A DNA stretch of 63,997 nt, filler included, from Streblomastix strix (taxonomy: Eukaryota), in NCBI GenBank assembly GCA_008636045.1. It is 4 parts of 4 records of this genome, joined end to end, with 100 filler letters (N's around TTAATTAATTAA, not from the genome) between each part and the next. Parts side by side here need not be neighbours in the genome. Positions count along the whole stretch, not along the records: positions 16,057 to 32,012 come from SNRW01000899.1; positions 32,113 to 48,065 come from SNRW01000900.1; 2 more parts are not named here. The stretch is one strand, 5' to 3'. Shown here piece after piece: positions 26,201 through 38,660 of this stretch. Positions within the stretch are counted from its first letter, which is position 1, and the number at the start of each line of letters is the position of its first letter. The translations under genes and the position numbers were made by a program. A model generated the notes under the pieces. It did no database searches, had not been told where the DNA came from, and saw only the letters and a program-made list of their open reading frames with translations.

Positions 26201-26905
26201 TCAATTTTTTTACTACATGTATAAATTCTCCAATCCTATTCTTCATTCTCTAGTGAGCCAAATTCATCTGTGCGCTCCAAAAAATTCCCTTTCGTGAGGT
26301 GCTATCAATTCAGAGCATCCTCGGGCTCGATTTTCCTGTTTGATTATGGACTTTCTTCTGACCATTCCTCAATAATCAAGATTTCTGATGTGGATTTTTC
26401 TTTTAAATTTTTATATATGGGGGTAGTTTTAGTTTTTAAAACTACTGGGGCTAATTATTTTAAATAAACTTAAGTATTGCTGCTTTAACCAGGTTCATTG
26501 GTGGTATTTTAGCCTCCAGTTGAAGTTTTTTTTTTACTTTTTCCCTTCACTTTCTTGGGCTTCTCCTATACCTCATCAGAGGTAGGCCCTGTATTTTTTA
26601 TATTTATCCATCTAGTAAGAAACAATTATTTTCTGGCCTGATTGAGATTTTAAAGCTAAGTTTTCATCATCTGAATTTTTTATGATTACATTAACTTCGT
26701 AATCATTATTTTTTGATTAATTTTATTTCAACAATTTATTCATCTTCTTCTTCAACATTATCATCATGTCCTTCATTTATTTAAGGATCAATTCTTTTTT
26801 TATCCATGGCTGATATTTATCTCACTTACTTTTGCCCTATCCCTGAATTTAAGATTCGTCTTTAGGCACAAATGCTCGGTTACAATCCAGTTATCTATCC
26901 TATAG

Positions 26906-27237
26906 TAGGGCTGCATGAAAAAATATGAAAATTTTCAATCCGCGATCGAATTCCGCGAAATTCCCGGAAAGCTTAGATGAGGCTAAAAAGTAGTTATAAC
27001 ATTTTATTCGAATTCGAGCGTATTTATTCAATTTTTGGATTTTTTCTTCTATTTTCCTTTTCACATTACTTATCAACAAATTTCATATATTTTTTGATTT
27101 ATTTTATTTTAAATTTAAAAAGAAACTTTAAAAAATTTTTTTTTAATTTTTTTTATGGTGTCTCAATTAAAATTTCCGCGAAGTCCAAATAAATTCGTAG
27201 AAATCGCGCAATTTTCGCGTATTTTCATGCAACCCTA
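26906..27237. mobile_element. hAT-type MITE, 332 bp
   Basis: TIRs TAGGGCTGCATGAAAA / TTTTCATGCAACCCTA; 8-bp TSD TCCTATAG / TCCAATAG; internal CGCGAA-rich motifs. Confidence 0.88.
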
Positions 27238-28709
27238 TCCAATAGTTCCCTGTATTTCACGACTAATTGTGATATTTAAATCACTGTTTTGATCATATTA
27301 ATAATCTTCAATTGTTTAGTCCAACCACTATGTTCATTTTTAACGTTTGTGGTTTATAACTTTATTGTTTATGTAATAAATTTTTCTTTATTCACTCCAG
27401 TGTTGATCATTCTTGGAGCAGTTGGGGTTACAGTTCTTTTGTTTTGAGTGGTATTATGTTGGATATTGTTATTATGGAATTTGTTGTTATATTTTTTAAA
27501 TATTTTATTGGTTTTAGTTAACATTATCATTATATATCTCTCCTATTACATCTTGCCAATCATTCCCAAAATCTATTATCCCTGCATCAGCGAATTATTT
27601 CCTATATTCTGCTGCATTTTATTGTTCTATTTCCAAGTCATCCAGCTCCTCTTAAAATAGAAGTTAATTTTGTTTCCTCTTGATTTGTTTTTTTAAAATT
27701 GATTATTTTTGTTGCAATTATTAATATAGATTGGTTTTTGTCTACTGGACTGGTCGATTATGATTTTTTTTGTTGTGATTATTAAACTCTCCATATTTTA
27801 GCTTCATGTTTTTGTGGAACATTGTCTTCTGTCCAGGAAGAGTTCCTATCGCTTTAATAATCGTTTTGATCTTTGTTCAATTAAGTTCGCTTTGTCCAAT
27901 CATCTTCTACATTTTCGAACCATGATTCACCAGGAGAATGAATTCTATTCGGGTTGAAAGGGTATTTGATTCTGTCAAACTTCTATTTTATGTATATATT
28001 GAAGTCATATCCCTATCGATTATTTTCTTTTAGATAGATTTAACCTCAATCTTAATATGGTTTGCTTCTACCTCTGCTTCTATTAAAACCTCTTCGTTTA
28101 CATCTCTGTTCATAGTATTATCCTCAGTAGTTATGCGATCAAAACGAGTGCCCACATCAAAGAAAATAAATAATTAATGAAAATTAATTATGAAATTTAA
28201 ATAATGGACGTAATTTAATTTAAGTATGAAAATTGTTAAATTAATATAGTACAGAATATTCAGATGGTTTAAATGAATGAATGACACAACTGAAATTGAT
28301 TAGTGAATTAGATTAGTTAAATATGTAAATGATGTTTATTATTGTTTTGTATTCTTTGTACTCATTGCACTTTATATATTCTCATAACTACATAGGTTGA
28401 TTATTGGATTGGCATTTGGATGATCATTAACGGAAAACAAAAATTTGTTAATAAAATCATTGAAAATTTGAGCAAATATAGTGTAAATATTATGAATCAT
28501 GACCGTTAAACATTAATAATACAAAATAATTGGCATAGGAAAATTAATTTGATTAAAGAACGTCCTAAATGTGATCAGTGCGTCCCATACCGTGAGGGCA
28601 TTTTTAAGTCTTTCTGAAAATTAGGTGACAAAAAGACAATAAGACAATTGATTGAAAATATTAATATAATTCTTTTATCTTGCATCAAAAATCTAAACGA
28701 TTGGTGTTT

Positions 28710-30950
28710 CAAACGTCTAATGGTTATAACTTCTCTTCATTCATCAAAAATTCAATATCATCATTTTAATCTATTTCATCTTTTTATAATTCGAACTAAG
28801 CGCAATAGACTTATTTAAATTCATAACACTATTTATGAATTGATTATTTATATATTTTTTTATGCTTGCAATAAGTCTTAATTCTAAGCTCAAAGAATTA
28901 ATATTTCATATTAGCAGGTTTAAATTTTGATGTATTAGCACATGTAACAATTTATTTAAATTCATTAATACGCCTTAATATTACATCTTTTATTTATGAT
29001 TTATTTGCCTTAATTATATCAAGTTTTGCCTCTGTCACAGGTACTTGTCACATATCAAACTCTTTAAAATCTTGTTGTATAAAAAATAAAAAAAATATTG
29101 TAAAAATTAACATCTCAACTACTGCATAATTCTATAAATTACTAAATATCTCCTTTATGAATTAAACTATATTTTAATTCTACATAATTTCTATCAATTG
29201 ATTCAATTTTTACAGGATAAAGATTATTTGAAACGAATATTAAATAAACTACTTTCTCAGCATCACTACTTGGATAATTTGTTTCATTTATCCTAATCGA
29301 ATAACCAGTTTCAATTGATTTTAAACCTTCATTATTAGCTCGTTAATCCTTTCCAAAATTTGTCATCTTATTGACTACAATCAATACTTTTTATTCAACT
29401 ATATTATTAAAATTTTCTGATAGTTCCTTTATATTTGTGCAATTTTTATAGCTGTTGCCTGTTATGAGCTCGCATAAAACATCTATAAATCTGTTCTTAC
29501 AATTGACTTTAATTCATTTCACAATAAATGCTGATTCAGTCTTCTCTCCAGCATTTTGAAGAATATAAACGGTCCAATTAATTACGTAATTGAATAATTT
29601 TCCATTGTCTGAACAAATACCGTTTAAAACTAAATCTAAATGTTATTTTATTAAATTTCTATCACATTTTTTATGTAACTCATACTTCCTTCCTAAAAAA
29701 AATAAGAAAATATGATATTATTTTTCAATAAATTTTATACATTATATGCTAGATAATGCGGTATATTTTTCAAATATATGCCATTAAGTTAAATATTTTT
29801 TAACATCTTTCCATTCCAATATTGTTTTTAATCATCAGACATTCACACTTTTGTATTATGTTCAAATATGTATCTTCATGCATGAACATCATATCCTTTG
29901 ACTATGAAATTTATACTAAAATCTACAAATCGTATAACTTTTATCAAATCCGATATAACTTCTTCATCCTTGGTATACTTCATTTTTCTCATACAAACAA
30001 AATTTAAATCGTCAAATAAATCGATATCAAATATTTACATTTCTGTATTATTTTTTATTTTAATTATTTTATTTTCTGAGCTCTGGTAGTACTACATTCT
30101 CATAATATTATTTTTTGTGATATTTAATAATTTTCTATAAATTGAATATGAAATTTTTATCATTAAATCTTATCTTTTTCTGCTCTCATTATTCCATTGC
30201 ATTACTTGCTAAGCTTTTGCTTTCATAAATATCTTGAAAAACATAATCAATCTCTTCTTCATTAAACTCGCAATTGATTAGTCCATTGAGTCTAGAAAAC
30301 AATGTTAATAAGCTTATTTCTTTTTCTACTTTTTTTTGCATCATTATGAATCTCTAATCCTTCTATACCTTGAATCAATAGTTCTGCATAATTACGTGAT
30401 AATTAAATTGTCCCTTCATCAGATACATAAGATATTTCTTCATCTACTTATTGCTACAAGTCAAAGCATAATAAATCAAATATATATTCAAAAGGAGTCA
30501 TAAATTATTTAGATTTATAATTATTTAAATCAATATATATTAATATTAATCATTCACTATTTATTAATTCTCTAATTATTGAACCAGCTTATACTATCCA
30601 ATGATATTTACTATTTATGTAACAAAATAAATTAATCTTTAAATATTCATTTTTATAAATTTTAATTTAAGAATTATTTTTTATATTTATAACCATATAA
30701 ATTGCAATAAAATTGTAGTCTTCTATGAGCTGTTAAACTTGTCCAATTTATTCAATCACTTAGCCAAGTGGCATAATTTCTCAATCTCTTATTTATTCTA
30801 TTTATTCTTCATTTAATGTTTATTAATATCAATATCAATAATTTCAAACCCTTTACATTTTCCAATATCAATCGTTTATCTCGATTCAAAACCAATATTT
30901 TTATTCAATGTAAAATTATCAAAATTATATATATCTATTGTAGCATATCT
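28710..30950 (-). pseudogene. Primase-SF3 helicase relic
   Basis: IIDIDI-like, YILQNAGEKTESA, KNRFIDVLCEL and IFVSNN motifs with many disruptions. Boundaries are approximate. Confidence 0.7.
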
Positions 30951-31074
30951 AATTTTATCTTCTAGCGTTTATATATAAATTTAATCAAATTATTATAACA
31001 AATCTTAAGTAAATTCAAAAACTTAAAAAATTAATAAGTATAATTGTAAATTAAATATATCTTATTAAATTGAC

Positions 31075-32012
31075 GCATATATGAAGAATAAAGATGATAC
31101 GTTACCATTATTGAACGCTGATAAAACGTAACAAATCAACGTAAATACAAAAATTGAAATAAATAATTTATTGAATAATAATGTCGATTCAGGAGTTCCA
31201 TATATAAAAGGTGAGGATGATGATCAGCTGTATTTGAAATCTGATAAAACAGAGCAAATTGATGCCTACACTAGATAAGTTGATGATACATTGCTGTTGT
31301 CGAAGGCTGATAAGACATAGTTGATTGATGCGTATTCAAAAGCTGAAGCTGATAATCAATTAAATATATAAGCTGAATCTGGAGTTTCATACATTAAAGT
31401 ATATGATGCTCTGTTGTTGTTGTAGGCTGATAAGACATAATTGAATGATGCATGTATTAAAGATGAAGCCGATAATATGCTCAGCAACAATACAAATCAA
31501 TAAACAACTTACACCAAAACAGAAACAGATTAAAAAATATCAAACAATGATGTTAGTGATGTTGGCTTCAGCAGTTATTACACGAAAATAAAAACAGATG
31601 AATTATTTGATGAGAAAGCAGCAACAGCAGATCTATCTAATTTTGTTACATAACGTATTGCTTAAACAATAAAAACAAATAAAAATTTTCAGAATAGTTG
31701 TAGATTCATAAGTACTATCGAAAAAATGGCAAACATAACTGGATAATCATTTATCAAGGCAAAAGCTGAAGATACCGTTGTATTACTTGGAATTGATGGA
31801 ACAAAACATATCTCTGAATTTACTATCAATATTTATAATTCAAATTATGTGAAGATACATAGTTAGGTATAATATATTGAAGGAATTTTAAGTAAAGCAA
31901 CTAATCAAGATTGTCCATATCAAGAACCAACAGATGAAGAATAATTAGCATTTGGCGTAGTAAAAAGTGAATTGATTCAATTTCTACAGGATAAAGATTA
32001 TTTGAAACGAAT
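31075..32012 (+). pseudogene. Fibre repeat protein fragment
   Basis: DAYxKxExDxLL..KADKTQLIDAY repeats similar to those at 11900-12660. Confidence 0.75.
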
Positions 32013-32112
32013 NNNNNNNNNNNNNNNNNNNNNNNNNNNNNNNNNNNNNNNNNNNNTTAATTAATTAANNNNNNNNNNNNNNNNNNNNNNNNNNNNNNNN
32101 NNNNNNNNNNNN
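32013..32112. other. Artificial contig spacer
   Basis: N-run with central TTAATTAATTAA. Confidence 0.98.
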
Positions 32113-32281
32113 CTGAGATTTTAGTTCGAAAATATTCTGTATTAAATTGAAACTATGAATACAATCTATTTTTATTAATTTATTTTGTTTTTCAACCAAA
32201 CAACAATGTTTCTATTGTAAAATTTTTATTATTTTATTTAAAAACTAATAACCTATATTTTTTTTAGAAATATCATTGTGA

Positions 32282-34253
32282 ATGTTCGTTATACTGTTAA
32301 TATCATTGCTTAATGCTGAAAGAATATATAATATGATTCCAAGTCCTGTCAAACTTGAGCCCCATGAAGAAAATTTTACATTCAATGCAGAAACTACAAT
32401 AATCTTGCCTAAACTTGATAATTCTGTACTGACAGAAGAATTACAACTTGCTGCCAATGCATTATCTGAAATCTTCTCAAAACCTGCTGGATTTTAATTG
32501 AAAATCGTATAATTAATTAAACCTGACCCTACTGATGCAACAAACATTGTAATCTTCAAAATTTCAACAGCAATCATAAACAAAGAAGGATATTAATTAA
32601 ATATTAATCCTAAATATATTGAGATTGTTGCATCAACTCCAACTGGATTATTCTATGGAACCCAAACAATTCGATAACTTCTTCCTCCAGAAGCGGAACT
32701 ATAATAAAAAGATGAATCAGGAATTAATTGGACAGTTCCATGTGCAGAAATTGAAGATTATCCCCAATATTCATACAGGGGATTGATGATTGATGTCTCA
32801 AGACACTTCACAAATGCATCGATGATTATGAGATATATTGAATTGCTTTCATTATTTAAGCTAAATGTCCTTCATTGGCATTTGACAGATGATTAAGGTT
32901 GGAGAATAGAAATTAAATCTTATCCAAAACTGAGCGAATTTTCTGCCTGGCGGAAAGATTCGAAACGAATTAATACAAATAATCAAAAGAATGAAGAGAT
33001 AAAATAGCTTGAAGAAGGAATTGAATTCAACTGGGGTGAAGATGATGATTAAACAGAAGAAGAAGATATTGAAGTTATTGACTCTCCACACAGTTCTAAT
33101 TAACGTCCTCATAACACAATTCACTTCAGAAATATTCATATGAACGATTAGAAGGATGGATTGTATGGTGGGTTCTATACACAGGAAGAAATTAGAGAAG
33201 TGGTTGAATTTGCGAGAAGAAGGTTTGTTCATGTTTATATTATAAAAAATCGATGTAAATATAAAAATAAACAATTAATGGATTTTTTTGTTTATTTTTA
33301 TAAGATTCGTCACAATTATTCCTGAAATTGAAATGCCAGGACACGCTGTGGCTGTGTTTGCAGCATATCCGTAACTTTCATGCAGAGGTGCAGATGAAAA
33401 AGTTCATTTTGATGTTGCCACTTCGTGGGGAATATTCAGTGATGTTTTCTGTCTTCGAGAAGAAACATTTTAGTTTCTGGAGTCTGTTCTAACAGAAGTT
33501 GCTAATCTATTTCCATACAGTGAGTTAATTCACATTGGAGGTGATGAATGTCCTAAAAGTAGATGGACATCATGCAGTTATTGCAAGAAAAGAGCAGAAG
33601 AAGAAGGAATATAAACGAATGGGTTACAAACATATCTTGTGAATAGGATATCCAAATTTGTACATGAAAAACTTGGGAGAAGAGTAATTGGATGGGATGA
33701 AATAATGGATACTGGATTAGACTAAGAGGCAGCAGTAATGAGTTGGAGAGGAACTTCTGGCGGTCTTTCAGCAGCTAGAAAAGGTCATGATGCAGTTTTC
33801 ACACCACAATCACACTGTTACTTTGATCATTACCAAGCAAGATAGAAAGATGAACCACGTGCAATCGGTGGGTTCCTTCCACTTGAAACAGTTTACTAGT
33901 TTGATCCTCTATAGTTGACTGGACTAAGGAAGGATACACTATCATAGCAGGAAAGAGAAACAAGATAACATATTCTTGGAGGGTAGGGAAATTTGTGGAC
34001 GGAGTATATGCCAAACATCTAACACACTGATTATATGCTGTTTCCTCGAACTTGTGCATTGGCAGAGACTCTTTGGAGTCCTTATGAGAATAAGAATTAT
34101 GACGATTTTAGAACACGCCTCAATCCAATTGTTAAAAAATTAGATGTGATGGAAGTAAACTATTGCAAAGCATCTCTGAAAACTGAATCAATTCCTATTC
34201 CAGAAAAAAATGAGAATTAAAACTAAAAGGACTACTTGTTTAATCATGTTTGA
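32282..34253 (+). CDS. Beta-N-acetylhexosaminidase (GH20) with signal peptide; intron 33223-33304
   Basis: YRGLMIDVSRHF, NVLHWHLTDDQGWRIEI, GGFYTQEEI, IPEIEMPGH, HIGGDEC and GGQGNLWTEY motifs. Confidence 0.95.
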
Positions 34254-34498
34254 ATGAAGATTGTTCCTTCATGTTTGAGTGAAGATTGTTCATCTCATAT
34301 AATCTACATTTTTGTTTATTAAAACCTTATAGTAATAAAAAAATATAACATAATTCAAAACTTAAAAGCATTTTCAAATTCTTTACAATATCAAAATTTA
34401 TTATTTAACAATTAAAATTATATATTTGTAAAAGAAATTTATTATTAAAGATGCTCAAAACGATCAAAATTAAAAACCTTAAAAAAATAATAATAATA

Positions 34499-37400
34499 TC
34501 ACTTATTCTTTAGTAGGTTTTCATAGCTTTTTTACTTTTTCATTTAGTCCGATTATGAATGTATTATAAATAGATGATTATATCCTTTTCATTCATTTTC
34601 TTTCTCATTCATTTAATTCAATTGTTATTTATCTTCACTATTTTCCTCTTCAGATTCTTCTTATGTTTTATCTTTTTATTACATTTTTAATTGAAATTCC
34701 ATTACTTTCTCATCTTTATCTTCATTTTCATTCTTTCTATAATTACTATCTTTTTATATTACTTCTTTTTCTATCATCAACTTATTATTCTATATATCAA
34801 GGTTTTTTTATTTTTCTAATATTTCATATTATCCATTCATATTTTTATTTTCTTCGTCTTTATGATAATTGATTTATTATTCTCTTCCATTATTATCAAT
34901 TATTTTATTTGATTGTTCTTCAACAGGTTCCATTATCTTTTCTTATGATAATGTAATTGCAAGATTTAACATTTCATCAAAATTCATTTCATCTTCATTA
35001 ATCTCTCTTTCTTTATTTTATATTGAATAATCTTACAATGAAAGTTAAATTGCATAATTCATCAATTATTCTTCATTTAACTCTTCAAATTTGTTTTCAT
35101 TATTTATTTATTGTTATTATATTTATGAAAGAATATCAATAATCTATTATGAATTATATTTAAAATTGTGTATAATATTATGGTTGTTGAACTTCCATAT
35201 ATATCTCAATAATTTATTATCTCTATAAATGATTACTTCATTATTGATTATAAAATATAAAGTAAATGTTTTTAGTGGTACGATTTTCATAATTTCAATT
35301 TTCGTTCCATCTGATCCAATTATATATAATGTAAACAATATATGAAGAATATCTTTAATATTAATTTATTCTTTTTTATCATTTAACAACTTGCCAAGAA
35401 CTTCAAGAAAACTGCCTGTAAGGATTAACTCATGATTTTGTCTACTTTCAGCAATCATAGATAGTGTGGTAAGTATTAAATGAAAAAAAGAATTTCTCTG
35501 ATTGTTAATAAAATCATTATCTTAGTTATAAATAAGCTCCTTGATTTTGTATATAATTTCTATTCCAAGCTCAGGAGGAAGAGGAGTTGCTTTAAATAAT
35601 AACCCAATTGCAATGGCCGCATTATTTTTAATTAATTAATCTTCATATCTATCAGCATGGAAAATATTAATAAGTCTTTCAAGAGTTCCATCTCTCTCAA
35701 TCTCTTCTCTTAATGGATTCTGTTCAAATTTCATAATTCTCAAACAAATATTGTTTAATATTTAAGTAAGAGAAATAGTTGCATTCTATATAATATTTTC
35801 ATTAATACTATTAAGATTTCTCTTTAAAATACGAAGAATTCCTCTGCGAATGAAAGATAGTTATTGCTCATTTGAATATAAATTAATAGATTCTATAAGA
35901 GGTTAATAATATAAAGGATACATAATCTCAGTTGGAAACGTGTTAAGAATATCAATAAGTTTATCAATAATATCAAGAATAAGAATTTTTTCATTTTTTC
36001 AATCTTCAATAATTTATATACGATGAATGATATTTGCACATAGAATATCACGTTTTATCAGAGATAGACTTGAAAAGTTCTCCAAATTCTTTCGAATTTT
36101 TTATAATTCCATGTTAAGATCTAGCAAGTTCCATTCGATTTTCAACTCATTCTTTGAAATAGTGTATGATAAAGAAGCTTATTTTAGTCTTATTTTAGGG
36201 ACGTGATGTGAATTATGTTTGTAAATTTAGAATGATTATTGAGATAATTGTGACGAAGATGATTAAGATGAAGATTAAGATGATTATGAAGTTTAAGAAT
36301 ATAAAGAAGGAGATTAATAGATCATTAAAGATGAAGATGATGATTAACGAAGTTCAATATGAGCATCATTGCCTATTTATTTGTCTAGAAGTTTTGGTGT
36401 TTATGGCATAGAAAATTTATTAGATAGTGAATTGCTTTAATTATTAATGTCTTCACACTCCCTATCATCTTGATGAGAAAGTTCTAATGCACTTTCTATA
36501 ATTTATATTTTATTCATTTCTTCATCATTTTGTTTTTCTTTATCATCAATTTATGGATTAATTAAATAAACTGTTTAAAATTCTTCTTCAATTTCATCTT
36601 TTTTATCTTTATCTTAATTATCTTTATTTTCTTATTCCTAAACAATAGTTTATTGTTGATCTTAAGTTTAAATTTGTGAAGTTTGGAGAATTTGAGAACT
36701 ATATAGATGAAATTTTGATAGTTCTTTTTTAAAAATAGTTTCTTTTATTAAAAATAGTTTGATTTATTATTCAGCAATAATATAAGAAGGTTCTTTGTCA
36801 AATTTAGTTATGCTTGAATCTCCTTCAAATTAAGCTACAGCTGCCAAAGACGCTAAATCTTATTGCTCTTGTGAAATGTCAGCAATTGCTTCAGGTGAAG
36901 TGAAAAATTGATGTTATAGTGCTGCAGAAGCAGAAATTCTCTTATTCGGATCAAACTCTAACATCTATGATAAAAGATCCCATTAAATGTTATCTTTTAT
37001 TTCTGCGGGTCGACTTATATTTACTAGGTCTTTCATTATCCTGAAAAAATAAAGAAAAAAATAATTGTTTAGTAATATATTTAGTATTTCATACCTTTAT
37101 TATTCTTTAAAATTGTGCATTCTCACAGGATATTCATGAGTTTATAAGAGAAAGAAAGTTATACCAAGTGCATATATATCGACCGCTTACGTTGATTTAA
37201 TAGTTTCTTAAAGAAGTTCTGGGGCCTTTAATTGAAAAATAATAATGATAATATTTTCATTTATATTTTAATTTTAATAAAATACCATGTATGGAATTGT
37301 TCTAATAAATGAAATAAATGTAATGAAAAACGAATTGTTAAATTAAACATGCAAACCCAGCTGGATATGTATGATCGCTTATTAGATCTTCTTTCTTTGC

Positions 37401-38245
37401 AAACCCAAAATCAGAAATCTTTGCATAGACACGTCCAGAACCAGGTGGACTGTGTAATAGAATGTTATCGCATTTGATATCCCTATTTAATAATATCAAA
37501 AACAAAATTAACTAGTAAATAATTATGGTAACGAAAGAAAATGAATACCTGTGAATTAATCCTACTTCATGAATGAACTTTATTCCTTCAACTATAAAAT
37601 ATAGATAAAGTTAAATAAAGAAATAAAATAATTGTATTCATACGAATCTATTTCATTAGTGCCCTGAGTGTATAAGATGGAAGTGGTATTTATGGTTATT
37701 TAACTATAATGTTTAGAGTCTTCATATTTGCATATTCAAAATTGATTATTACATGCAATTTAGTGAAATCATAAGAAATCTATCTTAGTATAAAAAGACA
37801 AAATTGATCATTCCTAAATATAAAAAATTATTAAGGAAAATGTTGAATATAAAACAATAATAAATAAATAAGAGAAATAAACTTTTCTAACTCAACAGCA
37901 GCATTTAATTCACTTTTGTTATATTTACTTTTACTAATAATTTTGACTGCGATAATATCATTTTCTAAATTAAACGCTAGATAAACGCTTAATATAATGG
38001 GAGATTGATAATATCAAAAGGATATTAATATGACAAACCAGCCAAACGAACCTTTTCCTGAATAAGAAAAAGAATGATAAAAAATTATCCAATAAAAAAA
38101 GAAAGTACCTAATTAGCGAATCGGCTACAGAACAGTAATATTTGGTTGTATAAAAAGAGAAAAAAGAAAATATAAAAATGGAATTGATAGAATATCAATT
38201 GTATACCACATATGAATTTTATCTTAATATTTCTTCAAAATCCAT
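34499..38245 (-). CDS. Ser/Thr protein kinase with long low-complexity/helical C-terminal region; several short introns in the kinase domain
   Basis: GKGSFG, IAVKII, HRDIKCDNILLHSPPGSGRVYAKISDFGFAK, APE and DIYALG motifs; ends KNK-TGA. Confidence 0.88.
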
Positions 38246-38660
38246 TTCAGTGTAGTTAGTTCTACTTCAAAAAGACTTTTGAAATTAATTGTTTGAATTA
38301 TAAATTATAAAATAAATATAAGATAGAAAATAAAATTAAATAAAAATCTATCAATATGTAAAGATTACCTCTAAAAAGCAAATTATTTCAAGAAAATTAT
38401 TTATAGCATTATTTTAGTAAAAAGTAGTTCAATTTTAGTTAATATTGAAAATATGCACTCTGTAAGGTTATAATTAAAATATATTAACGAAACTTTCGAA
38501 ACCAAAGATTGCAAAAAAATAATTTAAACTTTTCTTCTTTGTGAGATGGATAAATTAAATATATATGCAATATTTTATATTTAATTATTTTCAATCATTA
38601 GATTTATTACACATGCATAAACAAATAATACTATGATCCCACTCGTTGAAATTAACCGTC

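Larger units (their letters stand above)
21412..28125 (-). mobile_element. Decayed DIRS-type tyrosine-recombinase retrotransposon
   Basis: Minus-strand order is RT, RNase H, methyltransferase-like domain, then YR. An ICR-like segment at about 23178-23206 is complementary to the terminus at 21412-21439. The element is interrupted at 28126. Confidence 0.88.
28126..32012. mobile_element. Heavily decayed Polinton-like element related to family A
   Basis: AGTAGTTATG start; degenerate fold-back ending TATTCTCATAACTACATAGG at about 28376-28396; followed by a minus-strand primase-helicase relic and a plus-strand fibre relic. Confidence 0.75.
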
